DNA of 64,000 nt from Elusimicrobiota bacterium (GTDB lineage: Bacteria > RUG730 > JBDRED01). The DNA is taken from the NCBI GenBank assembly GCA_043820025.1, contig JBDRED010000028.1:12274-76273 (forward strand), read 5' to 3'. Positions 46,429-56,052 of this stretch are shown in pieces. The first letter of the stretch is position 1, and every line of letters starts with the position of its first letter. Made by a program: the position numbers and the translations under genes. The notes below the pieces were generated by a model, which was not told the DNA's origin, made no database searches, and was given only the letters and a program-made list of their open reading frames with translations.

Positions 46429-46466
46429 AGCGACACGAAGTGTCGTCCCCGCATAGGCGGGGATCC
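46429..46466. repeat. 37-nt double-hairpin element, copy B (accB leader)
   Basis: AGCGACACGAAGTGTCGTCCCCGCATAGGCGGGGATCC. Confidence 0.8.
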
Positions 46467-46467
46467 G

Positions 46468-46636
46468 GTTATAATAACTTACAACACACAACGTGTCATC
46501 CTGAGGATTACTATCCGAAGGATCTCCGGGAAAGGTTCCCCGCTCGAAGATTGCCACCGCATTTTGCGGGGCCCCGCCAGCGGCGGTAGCTTCGGTCACT
46601 ATCGTTCCCTCGCAATGACAATATAAGTTATTATAA
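46468..46636. repeat. GC-rich composite: two inverted ~35-nt REP-like units bracketed by TTATAATAACTTA inverted repeats
   Basis: TGTCATCCTGAGG (46484-46496) pairs with CCCTCGCAATGACA (46606-46619). The interior is full of short GC hairpins (CCGCAtttTGCGG, CCGCCagcGGCGG, GGGAAaggTTCCC). The outer arms are 46468-46480 and 46624-46636. Confidence 0.7.
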
Positions 46637-46678
46637 TATTCTGACTTCTGTATTCTGTCTTCTGTATTCTGACTTCTA
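46624..46678 (-). promoter_or_regulatory. ATTATAATAAC box preceded by six tandem heptamers, directly after the efp stop
   Basis: The plus strand at 46637-46678 reads ATTCTGA CTTCTGT ATTCTGT CTTCTGT ATTCTGA CTTCTAA. Confidence 0.5.
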
Positions 46679-46684
46679 AATATA

Positions 46685-47242
46685 TTATACTCTTCCTAAA
46701 TATTCGCCGGTTCTTGTGTCTATCTTAATAGTATCCCCGATTTCTACAAACAATGGGACCTGCACGACAGCCCCTGTTTCAACTGTAGCAGGTTTTAATG
46801 TGCTTGATACAGTGTCTCCCTTTAAACCCTTTTCAGTGTAATTAACCTTAAGTTCAACTGTATTTGGCAGTGATACGCCCATAACTTCATCGCCATAATA
46901 TAAAACATCCGCTTCCATATTATCCTGCAAAAACCGTATGCCGTCTCCCAAATGATCCGCGTCAAATGAAACCTGTTCGTAAGTCTGGGTATCCATAAAA
47001 TGATAGCTTTCTCCCTCTTTATATAAAAACTGCATCTTCTTTCTATCAAGATTAACCTCTTTAAATTTTTCGCCTGACCTTACAGTGCGCTCAATAATAG
47101 CGCCTGTCCTAAGATTCTTAAGTTTGAGCCTAACCATAGCTCCGCCTTTACCGGGTTTATGATGCTGAAACCAAACAACTGTAAAAAGCTGTCCATCAAT
47201 CTCTAAATTTGCTCCATTTGAAATTTCAGATGTTGAAATCAT
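46685..47242 (-). CDS. efp: elongation factor P
   Basis: Start corrected to MISTSEI (GGAGG SD 5 nt upstream). Contains HHKPGKGGAMVRLKLKN with the conserved modifiable Lys. Confidence 0.95.
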   Translation of the reverse strand: MISTSEISNGANLEIDGQLFTVVWFQHHKPGKGGAMVRLKLKNLRTGAIIERTVRSGEKFKEVNLDRKKMQFLYKEGESYHFMDTQTYEQVSFDADHLGDGIRFLQDNMEADVLYYGDEVMGVSLPNTVELKVNYTEKGLKGDTVSSTLKPATVETGAVVQVPLFVEIGDTIKIDTRTGEYLGRV

Positions 47243-47268
47243 TACTGCCTCCAAAAAGTATAATGAGT

Positions 47269-48315
47269 TTACACTGTTAATATCTTTGCGCCATTCTTTG
47301 TCACAAGCACAGTATCTTCAAGCCTTACTCCGCCAATACCGGGCATATACACCCCAGGTTCGATTGTAATAACCATGTTTTCCTGTAAAACTTCTGTTGA
47401 CCTTTGATTTATAAAAGGTTTTTCATGAATCTCAAGCCCAACGCCATGGCCGGTGCCATGAAGATAATATTTTAACAGGCCGGCGTCTTTTGCGTAAGAA
47501 CGCGCCCTTAAGTCAATATCCCGCGTTTTTATTCCGGGTTTTACCATAGCTATAAGGCTTTTTTTAGCCTGATTTACAAAATTAAACATAAGATTCAGTT
47601 CATTATTATAGCGTTTGATTCTATCTAAAAAGTATACCCTTGTCAAGTCAGAGCAATAGCCATTTATCTTAGCGCCGCAGTCAATAAGCAAAATGCTATG
47701 TTTATCAAACCTTTTTAAAGACGCCTCATGATGCGGGAATTGCGTATTTGAGCCGTAAGCAACTATTGTGTCAAAGGCTTTTCCATCCCCTTTTTGCATA
47801 AAAAACATGTCTATCTTTTTACTAAGTTCCTTTTCTGTGATCCCGTCTTTGCACAAAGAATTTACATTTCCCGCTAATTCGCCGGTAATTGAGCATGCTT
47901 TTTTTATATTATTTATCTCGCAGGTATCCTTTTTCGCGCGCAGTTCCTCAATAATACCCGGAGCCTTTTTACATTTTGAAATATTCCCAAGCGTCTCCTG
48001 CCATGCAACTGAAAGACTATCCGGATTAAATCCAATTATACTGCCTTTACCAATAATCCGCTTTATGCGCGCAGACACACTGTCCTCAACCTTAATAACA
48101 GATACTGCTTCTGATAAATTTTTTGATTTTGAAACATGGTCAAAAAGCATAGGCGGGACGAATAAATATATACTCTTCAGCCCTGCTAAAACAGGAAACA
48201 CATTGCCTTTAAATCCTGTCAGATAATAGCTGTTAATTTCTTGAGTATCAAAAAAATACTCAAGAGCGTTCTTTTTGAGAAGCTTTTTAAGAGCATCAAA
48301 TCGTTTTGTAATCAT
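47269..48315 (-). CDS. pepP: M24B Xaa-Pro aminopeptidase
   Basis: 348 aa. Contains DCGAKINGYCSDLTR, HGTGHGVGLEIHE and IEPGVY. Confidence 0.88.
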   Translation of the reverse strand: MITKRFDALKKLLKKNALEYFFDTQEINSYYLTGFKGNVFPVLAGLKSIYLFVPPMLFDHVSKSKNLSEAVSVIKVEDSVSARIKRIIGKGSIIGFNPDSLSVAWQETLGNISKCKKAPGIIEELRAKKDTCEINNIKKACSITGELAGNVNSLCKDGITEKELSKKIDMFFMQKGDGKAFDTIVAYGSNTQFPHHEASLKRFDKHSILLIDCGAKINGYCSDLTRVYFLDRIKRYNNELNLMFNFVNQAKKSLIAMVKPGIKTRDIDLRARSYAKDAGLLKYYLHGTGHGVGLEIHEKPFINQRSTEVLQENMVITIEPGVYMPGIGGVRLEDTVLVTKNGAKILTV

Positions 48316-48785
48316 TTTGGAATAAACCTAATTCCTGAAAGATGCCGCGACATTTCAATAAGCGCAAGATAATAACTATCCCCGCCAAACCCTGCTATCT
48401 GCCCGATACACGCAGACGAAATAACAGAGGTATGCCTAAATTCCTCGCGTTTATAAATCTGCGATATGTGCGCCTCAATAGCCGGCAGAGTTGACGCCTT
48501 TATTGCGTCATGAATAGCAACGCTTGTATGCGTATATCCGCCGGGATTTATTATTATCCCGTCAAAAAGTTTTTTTGACCCGGCCCAGGCTTCTCCTATC
48601 TTTTTCACTATCTCGCCTTCTATATCGGATTGAAAACATTCTAACCGGATATTCAAGCCTTCTGCTTGTTTTATTAGTCCGTTTTCAAGTTCAGGAAGAG
48701 AAAACGAGCCATAGGTGTCAGGCTCGCGTTTGCCAAGCAGGCTTAAATTCGGGCCGCTAATTAATAAAACTCTCTTTTTTGCCAT
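48312..48785 (-). CDS. aroQ: type II 3-dehydroquinate dehydratase
   Basis: 157 aa. Contains ISGPNLSLLGKREPDTYG, INPGGYTHTSVA and EAHISQIYKREEFRH. Confidence 0.93.
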   Translation of the reverse strand: MAKKRVLLISGPNLSLLGKREPDTYGSFSLPELENGLIKQAEGLNIRLECFQSDIEGEIVKKIGEAWAGSKKLFDGIIINPGGYTHTSVAIHDAIKASTLPAIEAHISQIYKREEFRHTSVISSACIGQIAGFGGDSYYLALIEMSRHLSGIRFIPK

Positions 48786-48796
48786 AACTCCCCCAA

Positions 48797-49399
48797 TTAT
48801 TTTTCATTATATTTAATTATATGTTCTTGCGCGACATTATCTTTATTGTACGAATACTTGCCTGCAACAGCCGCAGATACAATAATTGCCATTGCCTTTG
48901 CCGCAGGAATATCCAATGGCGTAACATGCGACTTAGGCACAATCAATAGATTACCGGCAAAATTATAAGATTGCGGCACATAAACCGCTATCGCATCATT
49001 CACGCCGATAACCTCTAAATCTTCTGTTGTAATAAAACCCATAACCTTGATACCCTGCCCCGGAAACAGTGTAATAAGCGCAGGCTTATTAAATTTTTTC
49101 TCTTTACCGACAAACGCGTTTATAAGGTCGCGCATTGACGAATACAAAAGCTTCACAAGCGGCATTTTATCCAATAAATCTGACATGAATTTAAAATATT
49201 TTTGAGTTACGAGTAAGGACGTTAGAAATCCAACAATTGTTATTATAATAAATGTGATTAAAAGCCCTACTCCGGGAATAGGTATTCTGACAAATAATTT
49301 ATCTACCTTAGCGAATACAATATAAAAAACAAATAATGTGCCGACAACCGGCAGCATCACAAGAAGCCCGTTTATAAAATATTTCATTATTTTTTTCAT
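48797..49399 (-). CDS. DUF502-family membrane protein
   Basis: 200 aa with two N-terminal TM segments and the IPIPGVGLL motif. Confidence 0.6.
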   Translation of the reverse strand: MKKIMKYFINGLLVMLPVVGTLFVFYIVFAKVDKLFVRIPIPGVGLLITFIIITIVGFLTSLLVTQKYFKFMSDLLDKMPLVKLLYSSMRDLINAFVGKEKKFNKPALITLFPGQGIKVMGFITTEDLEVIGVNDAIAVYVPQSYNFAGNLLIVPKSHVTPLDIPAAKAMAIIVSAAVAGKYSYNKDNVAQEHIIKYNEK

Positions 49400-49422
49400 A
49401 ATATCTGCTCCTGTTTTTTAAT

Positions 49423-50130
49423 CTATCTCCACCCGCCGCGCCTGTTTCCGAATAGACGCAGTAACATAAGAAAAAGATTAATAAAATCTAAATATAATCT
49501 GAGAGCGCCCAGGACCGCTTCCTTTCTATCCTCGTCAGTGCCGTCATTTCCAATAATATTCATCTGCTTTATTTTCTGCGTATCATACGCCGTAAGGCCG
49601 ACAAAAATTAATATCCCAATGTATGTAATCATCCAATAAAGCTGTGAGCTTTTAAGAAAGAAATTAACCACAGAAGCAATAATAATACCAATAAGGCCCA
49701 TAATCATAAACTGTCCCACTCCTGTTAAATCCCTCTTGGTCACATATCCATATAAACTCATTACAGCGAATGTGCCTGCTGTCACAAAAAATGTTACTGC
49801 TATTGATTCGGCTGTGTAAACAGCGAATACAACAGACAAAGTCAAACCATTCATAGCTGAATATCCGAGAAACAATGCTGTTGCCCTGCCTGCGCTAATA
49901 TTCATTATTGAACCGGCCAGTTTAAATACAATGATAAGTTCTCCGATAATCAGGCCAAAAAATATAATCGGATTGCCGGCAATTGAACGAAACAAGACAG
50001 GCGAAGACATAACAAAATGCGCGATAAATCCTGTTAAAACTAATCCGATTGACATCCATCCGTAAACCTTATTCATAAACCTGCGCTGTTCAGCAGCAAC
50101 CATATCTTCCGTCATATAATCTGTATTCAT
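49423..50130 (-). CDS. Bax inhibitor-1/YccA family membrane protein
   Basis: Start corrected to MNTDYM (ATG 50130; GAGGAGG SD). It has 7 TM segments, FMNKVYGWM, and a C-terminal LYLDFINLFLMLLRLFG. Confidence 0.85.
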   Translation of the reverse strand: MNTDYMTEDMVAAEQRRFMNKVYGWMSIGLVLTGFIAHFVMSSPVLFRSIAGNPIIFFGLIIGELIIVFKLAGSIMNISAGRATALFLGYSAMNGLTLSVVFAVYTAESIAVTFFVTAGTFAVMSLYGYVTKRDLTGVGQFMIMGLIGIIIASVVNFFLKSSQLYWMITYIGILIFVGLTAYDTQKIKQMNIIGNDGTDEDRKEAVLGALRLYLDFINLFLMLLRLFGNRRGGWR

Positions 50131-50237
50131 TTCTTTGCCTCCTCTTATCCGCATAGAGACTGAATTCTGTATTGTCTATTATGTATTCTCTATTTTCATT
50201 TAATCTTATCAAACTATGTAAATTTATCAAGGTAAAT

Positions 50238-51488
50238 TTACAGATATTCAGCTTCAAATATTACAGGCCAAGCGTCATTAACTTTTTTTAGTTTTACTTC
50301 GATTATTTTATTAATCAAACCCTTTTTATAAGGAACGCCTGCCTTAATATACTGAGGAGTCATCCCATACAGCCTGCCGTCTGCTCCCCGGCTTTCAATT
50401 AAAATACTTGAAACTTGATTCAAGTATTTCTTACATTCTGTTTTTCTTAACTCAATATCCAACTGCCTTAATATTTCTTTACGCTCTTTTATTTCCTGCG
50501 CAGGCACGTTATCTTTCATATCATACGCTCTTGTGCCCGGCCGCGCTGAAAACGGGAAAACATGCATACCTCTTATTCCAATGTTTTTTAAAAACTTTAC
50601 AGTATTTTTAAAAGATTCTTGAGTCTCGCCCGGAAAACCGGCAATAATGTCAGTTGTAACGCTTATAACCGGGAACGCCTTTTTTATTCTTTGTAAAAGG
50701 TTTATTATATCGCAGGTGTTATACTTGCGCCCCATTTTTTTTAAAATTAAATCATCGCCTGATTGAAATGAAATATGCAGATGCGGGCATAATTTCCCAT
50801 TAGGATACCCCGCTTTTCTCATTACCTCAATAAGATCATTGGTTATTTCTAAAGGCTCTATTGAGCTTATCCTTATGCGTTCTACTCCGGATTTTTTATT
50901 AAGCCACATTATCAGGTCTGATAATCTCCATTCGCATTTATTATCGTCAACTGAATTAAACATTCCGACACGCACGCCTGTAAGAACAATCTCCTTGTAC
51001 CCGCTTTTTAAAATTTCTTCAACCTCTGTCTTAATGTCAGTAATATTCTTACTCCGCATATCAGAACGAACATAAGGAACTATGCAGTAAGCGCAAAACG
51101 CGTCGCACCCGTCCTGAATCTTAAGAAATGCCCTGGTTCTGGAACGCGCTTTCTTTTTAATAACATTTTTTTTATCTAATTTTAAAACATCCATAATCCG
51201 CAGTTTATCTATATTTGAAACAATAAACACGCTCGGAAATTCACGCTCAATATTTTTTTTATCGCGTTCAATATAACAGCCTGTTAAAACTATTTTAAAA
51301 TCAGGATTTTCATTTATAAGCCTGCGTATCAGCTGTCTGCATTTTGTGTCAGCGCGCGAAGTGACTGTGCATGAGTTAATAATAGCGACAGCGCTTGTGT
51401 CATACTCATTTAACGATGCCTCTATCTCTTCTGATTCGACTTGATTTACCTTGCATCCAAATGTATAAACCAGTTTTTTTATTTTCAT
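50238..51488 (-). CDS. mtaB: radical-SAM methylthiotransferase, MtaB-like
   Basis: 416 aa. Contains TFGCKVNQVESEE and the radical SAM motif GCDAFCAYC. It follows rsmE, as the B. subtilis yqeV gene does. Confidence 0.85.
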   Translation of the reverse strand: MKIKKLVYTFGCKVNQVESEEIEASLNEYDTSAVAIINSCTVTSRADTKCRQLIRRLINENPDFKIVLTGCYIERDKKNIEREFPSVFIVSNIDKLRIMDVLKLDKKNVIKKKARSRTRAFLKIQDGCDAFCAYCIVPYVRSDMRSKNITDIKTEVEEILKSGYKEIVLTGVRVGMFNSVDDNKCEWRLSDLIMWLNKKSGVERIRISSIEPLEITNDLIEVMRKAGYPNGKLCPHLHISFQSGDDLILKKMGRKYNTCDIINLLQRIKKAFPVISVTTDIIAGFPGETQESFKNTVKFLKNIGIRGMHVFPFSARPGTRAYDMKDNVPAQEIKERKEILRQLDIELRKTECKKYLNQVSSILIESRGADGRLYGMTPQYIKAGVPYKKGLINKIIEVKLKKVNDAWPVIFEAEYL

Positions 51489-51532
51489 CTCACTGCCTCT
51501 TTCCCCATATTTCTCTCTGTCATTCCCGCGCC

Positions 51533-51545
51533 TTTATTATAATGC
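51533..51545 (-). promoter_or_regulatory. ATTATAAT box upstream of mtaB
   Basis: The reverse strand reads GAGCATTATAATAAAGG, 47 nt before the mtaB ATG. Confidence 0.4.
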
Positions 51546-51591
51546 TCCTTCTTCCCGCAGGGGTTTATCCCTCCATCAGACGTCATTTTTA

Positions 51592-52332
51592 TTACAGTTC
51601 GCCAAGGATATATTTCACTATTGATAAAATAACTATTGGCGCTGTCTCAGCCCTCAGAATATTTCCATGAAGCCTAAAGCTTCTCCAATTATTTTTATGA
51701 GCAGTTTTTATCTCATCGCCGCTTAGCCCGCCTTCAGCGCCTATTAAAATTTTTATGTTCGTATTTTTAAGAGACACGCCCGCTTCTTTTTCAAGTATAT
51801 TTTTTGATAAAGGCTCATCACCCATTTCATAAGCAACCAACTTTACTGAAGAATCTTTTAAAGAAAACGCGTCCTCAATAGACATAAATTCAGAAATAAC
51901 AGGAACAACCGCGTTCCCTGACTGTTTCGACGCAGAGAGCGCGATGCACCGCCATCTTTCGATCTTATGATTCATACTGCTCTTTTCAGGCCTGGCAACT
52001 ACATATTTTGAAATAACGGGAACAATATTTGATACGCCAAGCTCCGTGGCTTTTTCTACTATAAAATCCATCTTAGAAGACTTTGGCAGACATTGATATA
52101 AAGTAATTTCATATCCCTTATCTCTTTGCCTCGTTTCTGTTATCTTGCAAATAACGGCATCGTCATTAATACACGCAATAACAGCCGAATATTTTTTTCC
52201 GTTCTCGTCGAATAAATCTATCTGATCGCCTGTTTTTTTTCTAACCACCCTGCAAATATGATTAAATTCGTCTCCTTTAATCATAACATGATTATTCGAA
52301 ATATGCGCAGATGAAATATGAAATTGAGGCAT
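51592..52332 (-). CDS. rsmE: 16S rRNA (uracil1498-N3)-methyltransferase
   Basis: 246 aa with an RsmE-like N-terminus (..GDEFNHICRVVRKKTGDQIDLFD) and a C-terminal GAEGGLS. Confidence 0.88.
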   Translation of the reverse strand: MPQFHISSAHISNNHVMIKGDEFNHICRVVRKKTGDQIDLFDENGKKYSAVIACINDDAVICKITETRQRDKGYEITLYQCLPKSSKMDFIVEKATELGVSNIVPVISKYVVARPEKSSMNHKIERWRCIALSASKQSGNAVVPVISEFMSIEDAFSLKDSSVKLVAYEMGDEPLSKNILEKEAGVSLKNTNIKILIGAEGGLSGDEIKTAHKNNWRSFRLHGNILRAETAPIVILSIVKYILGEL

Positions 52333-52362
52333 AGAATCCTCCGTAAAAATTGATATGAAATC

Positions 52363-53493
52363 CTATTTAAACATGTTCTTAAAGAATCCATCGTTAGGCA
52401 GGTCTTCGCCTAGAGCTGTTGCGTAGGCGGCAAGCGCTTCAGCTTGTTTAACGGAAAGCTTTTTGGGCACATCAATTTCAATCTTAACGAGCTGGTCGCC
52501 CTGCCCTCTGCCGTTAATATTGGGCACTCCCTTACCACGCAGGCGGAATACCGTGCCGGGCTGTGTGCCGGGCGGAATCTTCATATCCGCATGGCCTTTC
52601 ATTGTAGGAACGCTAATCTCAGCGCCTAAGGCAGCTTTTGTGAAAGTAATTTTTTGTTTTAAAAGTATATCAGATCCATTTCTCTCGAACGGAGTATCAT
52701 TTATAACAGATAATACTATATATAAATCTCCTACAGGCGCGCCCTTTTCTCCGGCGTCGCCTTCGCCCCTCAGCCTTAAAGTAGAACCATCATCAACTCC
52801 GGCAGGAATCTTTACTGTAAGCGTTTTCTCGGTTTTTACAACTCCCCGGCCATTACACTTAGAACAAGGCGATTCTATAACACTTCCACTGCCTCCGCAC
52901 GTTGAACACGTCTGAACAGAACTAAAAAAACCCTGAGAATACCGCACCTGGCCATTGCCTTTGCATGTTGGGCATGTTTTTGTTCTGGTACCCGGCTTTG
53001 CTCCTGTTCCGCCGCAAGTTTCACAACCTTCTAAATGAGAAATTATTATTTCCTTCTCAGCGCCGAACGCAACCTCTGAAAGATTAACGCGCACTCTATA
53101 CTGCAGATCTGAACCGCGCCTTGTTTTCTGTTTTCTGCCGCCTCGGGAAGTAAATCCGCCGCCAAATATATCTCCAAAAACATCTCCGAACATTTCGCCT
53201 AAATTATCAAACCCCTCAAACCCTTGAAAATTTTGGAATCCGCCTGCGCCCGGGCCGCCTGCGCCAACACCGGCATGCCCAAACTGATCATACATTTGTC
53301 TTTTTTTCTTATCGCTTAACACTTCATACGCTTCGTTTATTCCCTTAAACTTTTCCTCAGCTGTTTTATCGCCCTGGTTCTTATCAGGATGAAACTTAAT
53401 AGCAAGATTCCTATACGCAGTCTTTATCTCTGCATCGGACGCTGTTTTTGAAACGCCTAATATCTCATAATAATCACGTTTATTCCCGGCCAC
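52363..53493 (-). CDS. dnaJ: molecular chaperone DnaJ
   Basis: Start corrected to GTG 53493 (AAGGAG SD 5 nt upstream). The sequence then reads [18 protein letters not shown], followed by a G/F region and four CxxCxGxG repeats. Confidence 0.95.
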   Translation of the reverse strand: MAGNKRDYYEILGVSKTASDAEIKTAYRNLAIKFHPDKNQGDKTAEEKFKGINEAYEVLSDKKKRQMYDQFGHAGVGAGGPGAGGFQNFQGFEGFDNLGEMFGDVFGDIFGGGFTSRGGRKQKTRRGSDLQYRVRVNLSEVAFGAEKEIIISHLEGCETCGGTGAKPGTRTKTCPTCKGNGQVRYSQGFFSSVQTCSTCGGSGSVIESPCSKCNGRGVVKTEKTLTVKIPAGVDDGSTLRLRGEGDAGEKGAPVGDLYIVLSVINDTPFERNGSDILLKQKITFTKAALGAEISVPTMKGHADMKIPPGTQPGTVFRLRGKGVPNINGRGQGDQLVKIEIDVPKKLSVKQAEALAAYATALGEDLPNDGFFKNMFK

Positions 53494-53517
53494 AAAAATC
53501 TCCTTTACATTTCCTTT

Positions 53518-53599
53518 CTCATCAACGCTCGGGGACAGTCCCCGCATTTGTTCTCATCAACGCTCGGGGACAGTCCCCGCATTTGGGACTGTCCCCTCT
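53518..53599. repeat. dnaK-dnaJ spacer: 35-nt tandem direct repeat x2 plus inverted third palindrome
   Basis: Units are 53518-53552 and 53553-53587 (CTCATCAACGCTCGGGGACAGTCCCCGCATTTG..). GGGGACAGTCCCC occurs at 53531 and 53566, and GGGACTGTCCCC at 53585-53596. Confidence 0.85.
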
Positions 53600-53610
53600 A
53601 GAGACATTAA

Positions 53611-55476
53611 CTATTTATCTTTTTTATCGTCTTCTTCTTTAAACTCAGCGTCTACCACATTATCATCCTGCTTCTTTTTTTCAGCTTCTCCTGCGCCGGG
53701 CCCTGCCTGCTGCTGCTGCGCTTTTTCCTGAGAAGCTTTATATATTGCTTCAGCGAGCTTATGCGAAGCAGTGCTTAGAGTCTCCTGCTTTTGTTTTATT
53801 GCTTCAATATCCCGGCCTTTAAGCGCTTCTTTAAGGTCATTAACCGCTGTTTCAATATTCTTTTTATCATCAGCGCCAATCTTATCGCCGTGTTCCTTTA
53901 ATGATTTTTCCGTCTGATACGCCAAAGAGTCGGCTTGGTTTCTAACCTCGATTTCTTCTTTGCGTTTCTTATCTTCATCAGCGAATTTCTCGCCCTGTTT
54001 GACCATCTCGTCTATCTGCGATTCATCCAGCTTTGACGCAGCGGTTATTTTAATACTCTGTTCTTTCTTAGTGCCAAGGTCCTTTGCCGACACATGCAAA
54101 ATACCGTTCGCATCAATATCAAACGTAACCTCAATTTGCGGGATGCCGCGCGGCGCAGGAGGTATTCCCATAAGCTCGAACCTTCCAAGCTCAACATTAT
54201 CGTTCGCCATAGCGCGCTCGCCCTGCAGAACGCGGATATCAACAGCAGGCTGGTTATCAGCGGCTGTTGAAAATATCTGACTCTTTCTTGTAGGCACTGT
54301 TGTGTTGCGTTCAATAAGCTTTGTGCAGACTCCGCCTAATGTTTCTATTCCCAGAGACAGCGGAGTAACATCTAAGAGAAGCACGTCCTTTACCTCTCCT
54401 GTTAAGACTCCTGCCTGTATAGCCGCGCCCATTGCGACGCACTCCATTGGATCCACCCCTCTCTCAATTGGTTTATTAACAAACTGCTCAACATATTTTT
54501 GCACAATAGGCATTCTCGTAGGGCCGCCCACCATAATAATTTTATCTATCTGGTTTGAACTCAACTGCGCGTCAGTTAACGCCTGTTCAATCGGGTGCTT
54601 GCATTTTTCTATAATCGGCGAAATAAGCTCTTCCAGCTTTGATCTTTGAATCTTAGCCGTAAAATGCTTAGGCCCCTGCGCGTCGGCAGAAATAAACGGC
54701 AGATTAATATCTGTCTCAAGCGTTGTTGAAAGCTCAATCTTAGCCTTTTCCGCAGCTTCGCGCAGTCTTTGAACAGCCATACTATCGTTTCTAAGATCAA
54801 TCCCGCTCTCTTTTTTAAATTCTTCAGCAAGATACGCGACAATAATATTATCCATATCAGTTCCGCCAAGCTGAGTATCGCCGCTTGTGGACTTTACCTC
54901 AAAAACTCCATTTGCCATTTCCATAATAGTAACATCCAGAGTTCCTCCGCCAAGGTCAAAAACGAGAATCTTTTTTTCAGACTTATCCTTATCAATGCCG
55001 TATGCCAAAGAAGCGGCTGTAGGCTCATTGATTATTCTTACAACCTCAAGTCCCGCTATTGTTCCCGCATCCTTTGTCGCCTGTCTCTGATTATCATTAA
55101 AATACGCAGGAACCGTGATAACTGCCTTTTCCACCTTATAACCTAAAAACGCTTCAGCGTCGCGCTTTATCTTTTGAAGAATAAAAGCAGAGATCTGCTG
55201 AGGCGTATACTCTTTGCCATGCACCTTATATTTATGCGTAGTTCCCATTTTGCGCTTTGCGGCTGCAACAGTTCCATCAGGATTAGCGACTGCCTGCCTT
55301 CTTGCAGGCTCGCCGACTAAAAGCTGGCCGTCCTTTGTAAAAGCCACATACGAAGGGAACGCTTTTCCCCCAACGCTTGCTCCTTCAGCGCTTGGTATTA
55401 TTGCAGGCCTTCCTCCTTCTAAAACCGCTGCCGCTGAATTTGACGTTCCTAAATCAATTCCAATTATTTTTGACAT
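53611..55476 (-). CDS. dnaK: molecular chaperone DnaK
   Basis: 621 aa. Contains [20 protein letters not shown] and VGGPTRMP. Confidence 0.98.
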   Translation of the reverse strand: MSKIIGIDLGTSNSAAAVLEGGRPAIIPSAEGASVGGKAFPSYVAFTKDGQLLVGEPARRQAVANPDGTVAAAKRKMGTTHKYKVHGKEYTPQQISAFILQKIKRDAEAFLGYKVEKAVITVPAYFNDNQRQATKDAGTIAGLEVVRIINEPTAASLAYGIDKDKSEKKILVFDLGGGTLDVTIMEMANGVFEVKSTSGDTQLGGTDMDNIIVAYLAEEFKKESGIDLRNDSMAVQRLREAAEKAKIELSTTLETDINLPFISADAQGPKHFTAKIQRSKLEELISPIIEKCKHPIEQALTDAQLSSNQIDKIIMVGGPTRMPIVQKYVEQFVNKPIERGVDPMECVAMGAAIQAGVLTGEVKDVLLLDVTPLSLGIETLGGVCTKLIERNTTVPTRKSQIFSTAADNQPAVDIRVLQGERAMANDNVELGRFELMGIPPAPRGIPQIEVTFDIDANGILHVSAKDLGTKKEQSIKITAASKLDESQIDEMVKQGEKFADEDKKRKEEIEVRNQADSLAYQTEKSLKEHGDKIGADDKKNIETAVNDLKEALKGRDIEAIKQKQETLSTASHKLAEAIYKASQEKAQQQQAGPGAGEAEKKKQDDNVVDAEFKEEDDKKDK

Positions 55477-55524
55477 GTTTTCCTCCTTAAAAAATTCTGC
55501 AAGAAATTTTTTCCTTATTCAATC

Positions 55525-56049
55525 TCATAACTTATTATCAAGCTTCTTTTTGCTGATTACCACCATTGCGGGCCGTAAAACCTTATCATGCAGTAAATAA
55601 CCTGCGTGTGTTTCTTCGATTACAATATTTTCTTCAACATCGCTCTTTTCCACTACTGCTATAGCCTCATGGAAATGCGGATCAAACGCGCTGCCGGCAG
55701 CATCCATCTTTTTAAGTCCGTTTTTCTTAAGCATATCCATTAAAGACGCAAATATCATTTTAATGCCGTTGTAAAACTCGTCTTTATCCCCATTACGCTG
55801 ATCCATCGCTTTCTCAAAGCTGTCAACAATCGGAAGCAAAGCGCGCAGTATATCCTTGTGCGCATAATCCATTAAATCCTTTTTTTCGTTTGCCACGCGT
55901 TTTTTGTAATTATCAAATTCAGCGTTAAGCCGCATTAATTTATCAGACAGCTCATCAACTTCCTGCTTTTTACTATCAAAAGACTGCTTTAAAATTTCTA
56001 ACTCGGCGATCTTTTCAATCCTTACTATTTTTTCCTCTTCCCTTTCCAC
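55525..56049 (-). CDS. grpE: nucleotide exchange factor GrpE
   Basis: 174 aa with a coiled-coil N-terminus, FDPHFHEA and VLRPAMV. Confidence 0.93.
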   Translation of the reverse strand: MEREEEKIVRIEKIAELEILKQSFDSKKQEVDELSDKLMRLNAEFDNYKKRVANEKKDLMDYAHKDILRALLPIVDSFEKAMDQRNGDKDEFYNGIKMIFASLMDMLKKNGLKKMDAAGSAFDPHFHEAIAVVEKSDVEENIVIEETHAGYLLHDKVLRPAMVVISKKKLDNKL

Positions 56050-56052
56050 ATT

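Noticed and set aside
53518-53599. Possible CRISPR array (35-nt direct repeat)
   Set aside because: There are only two contiguous units with no unique spacers between them and no cas genes. It is a tandem REP-like repeat.
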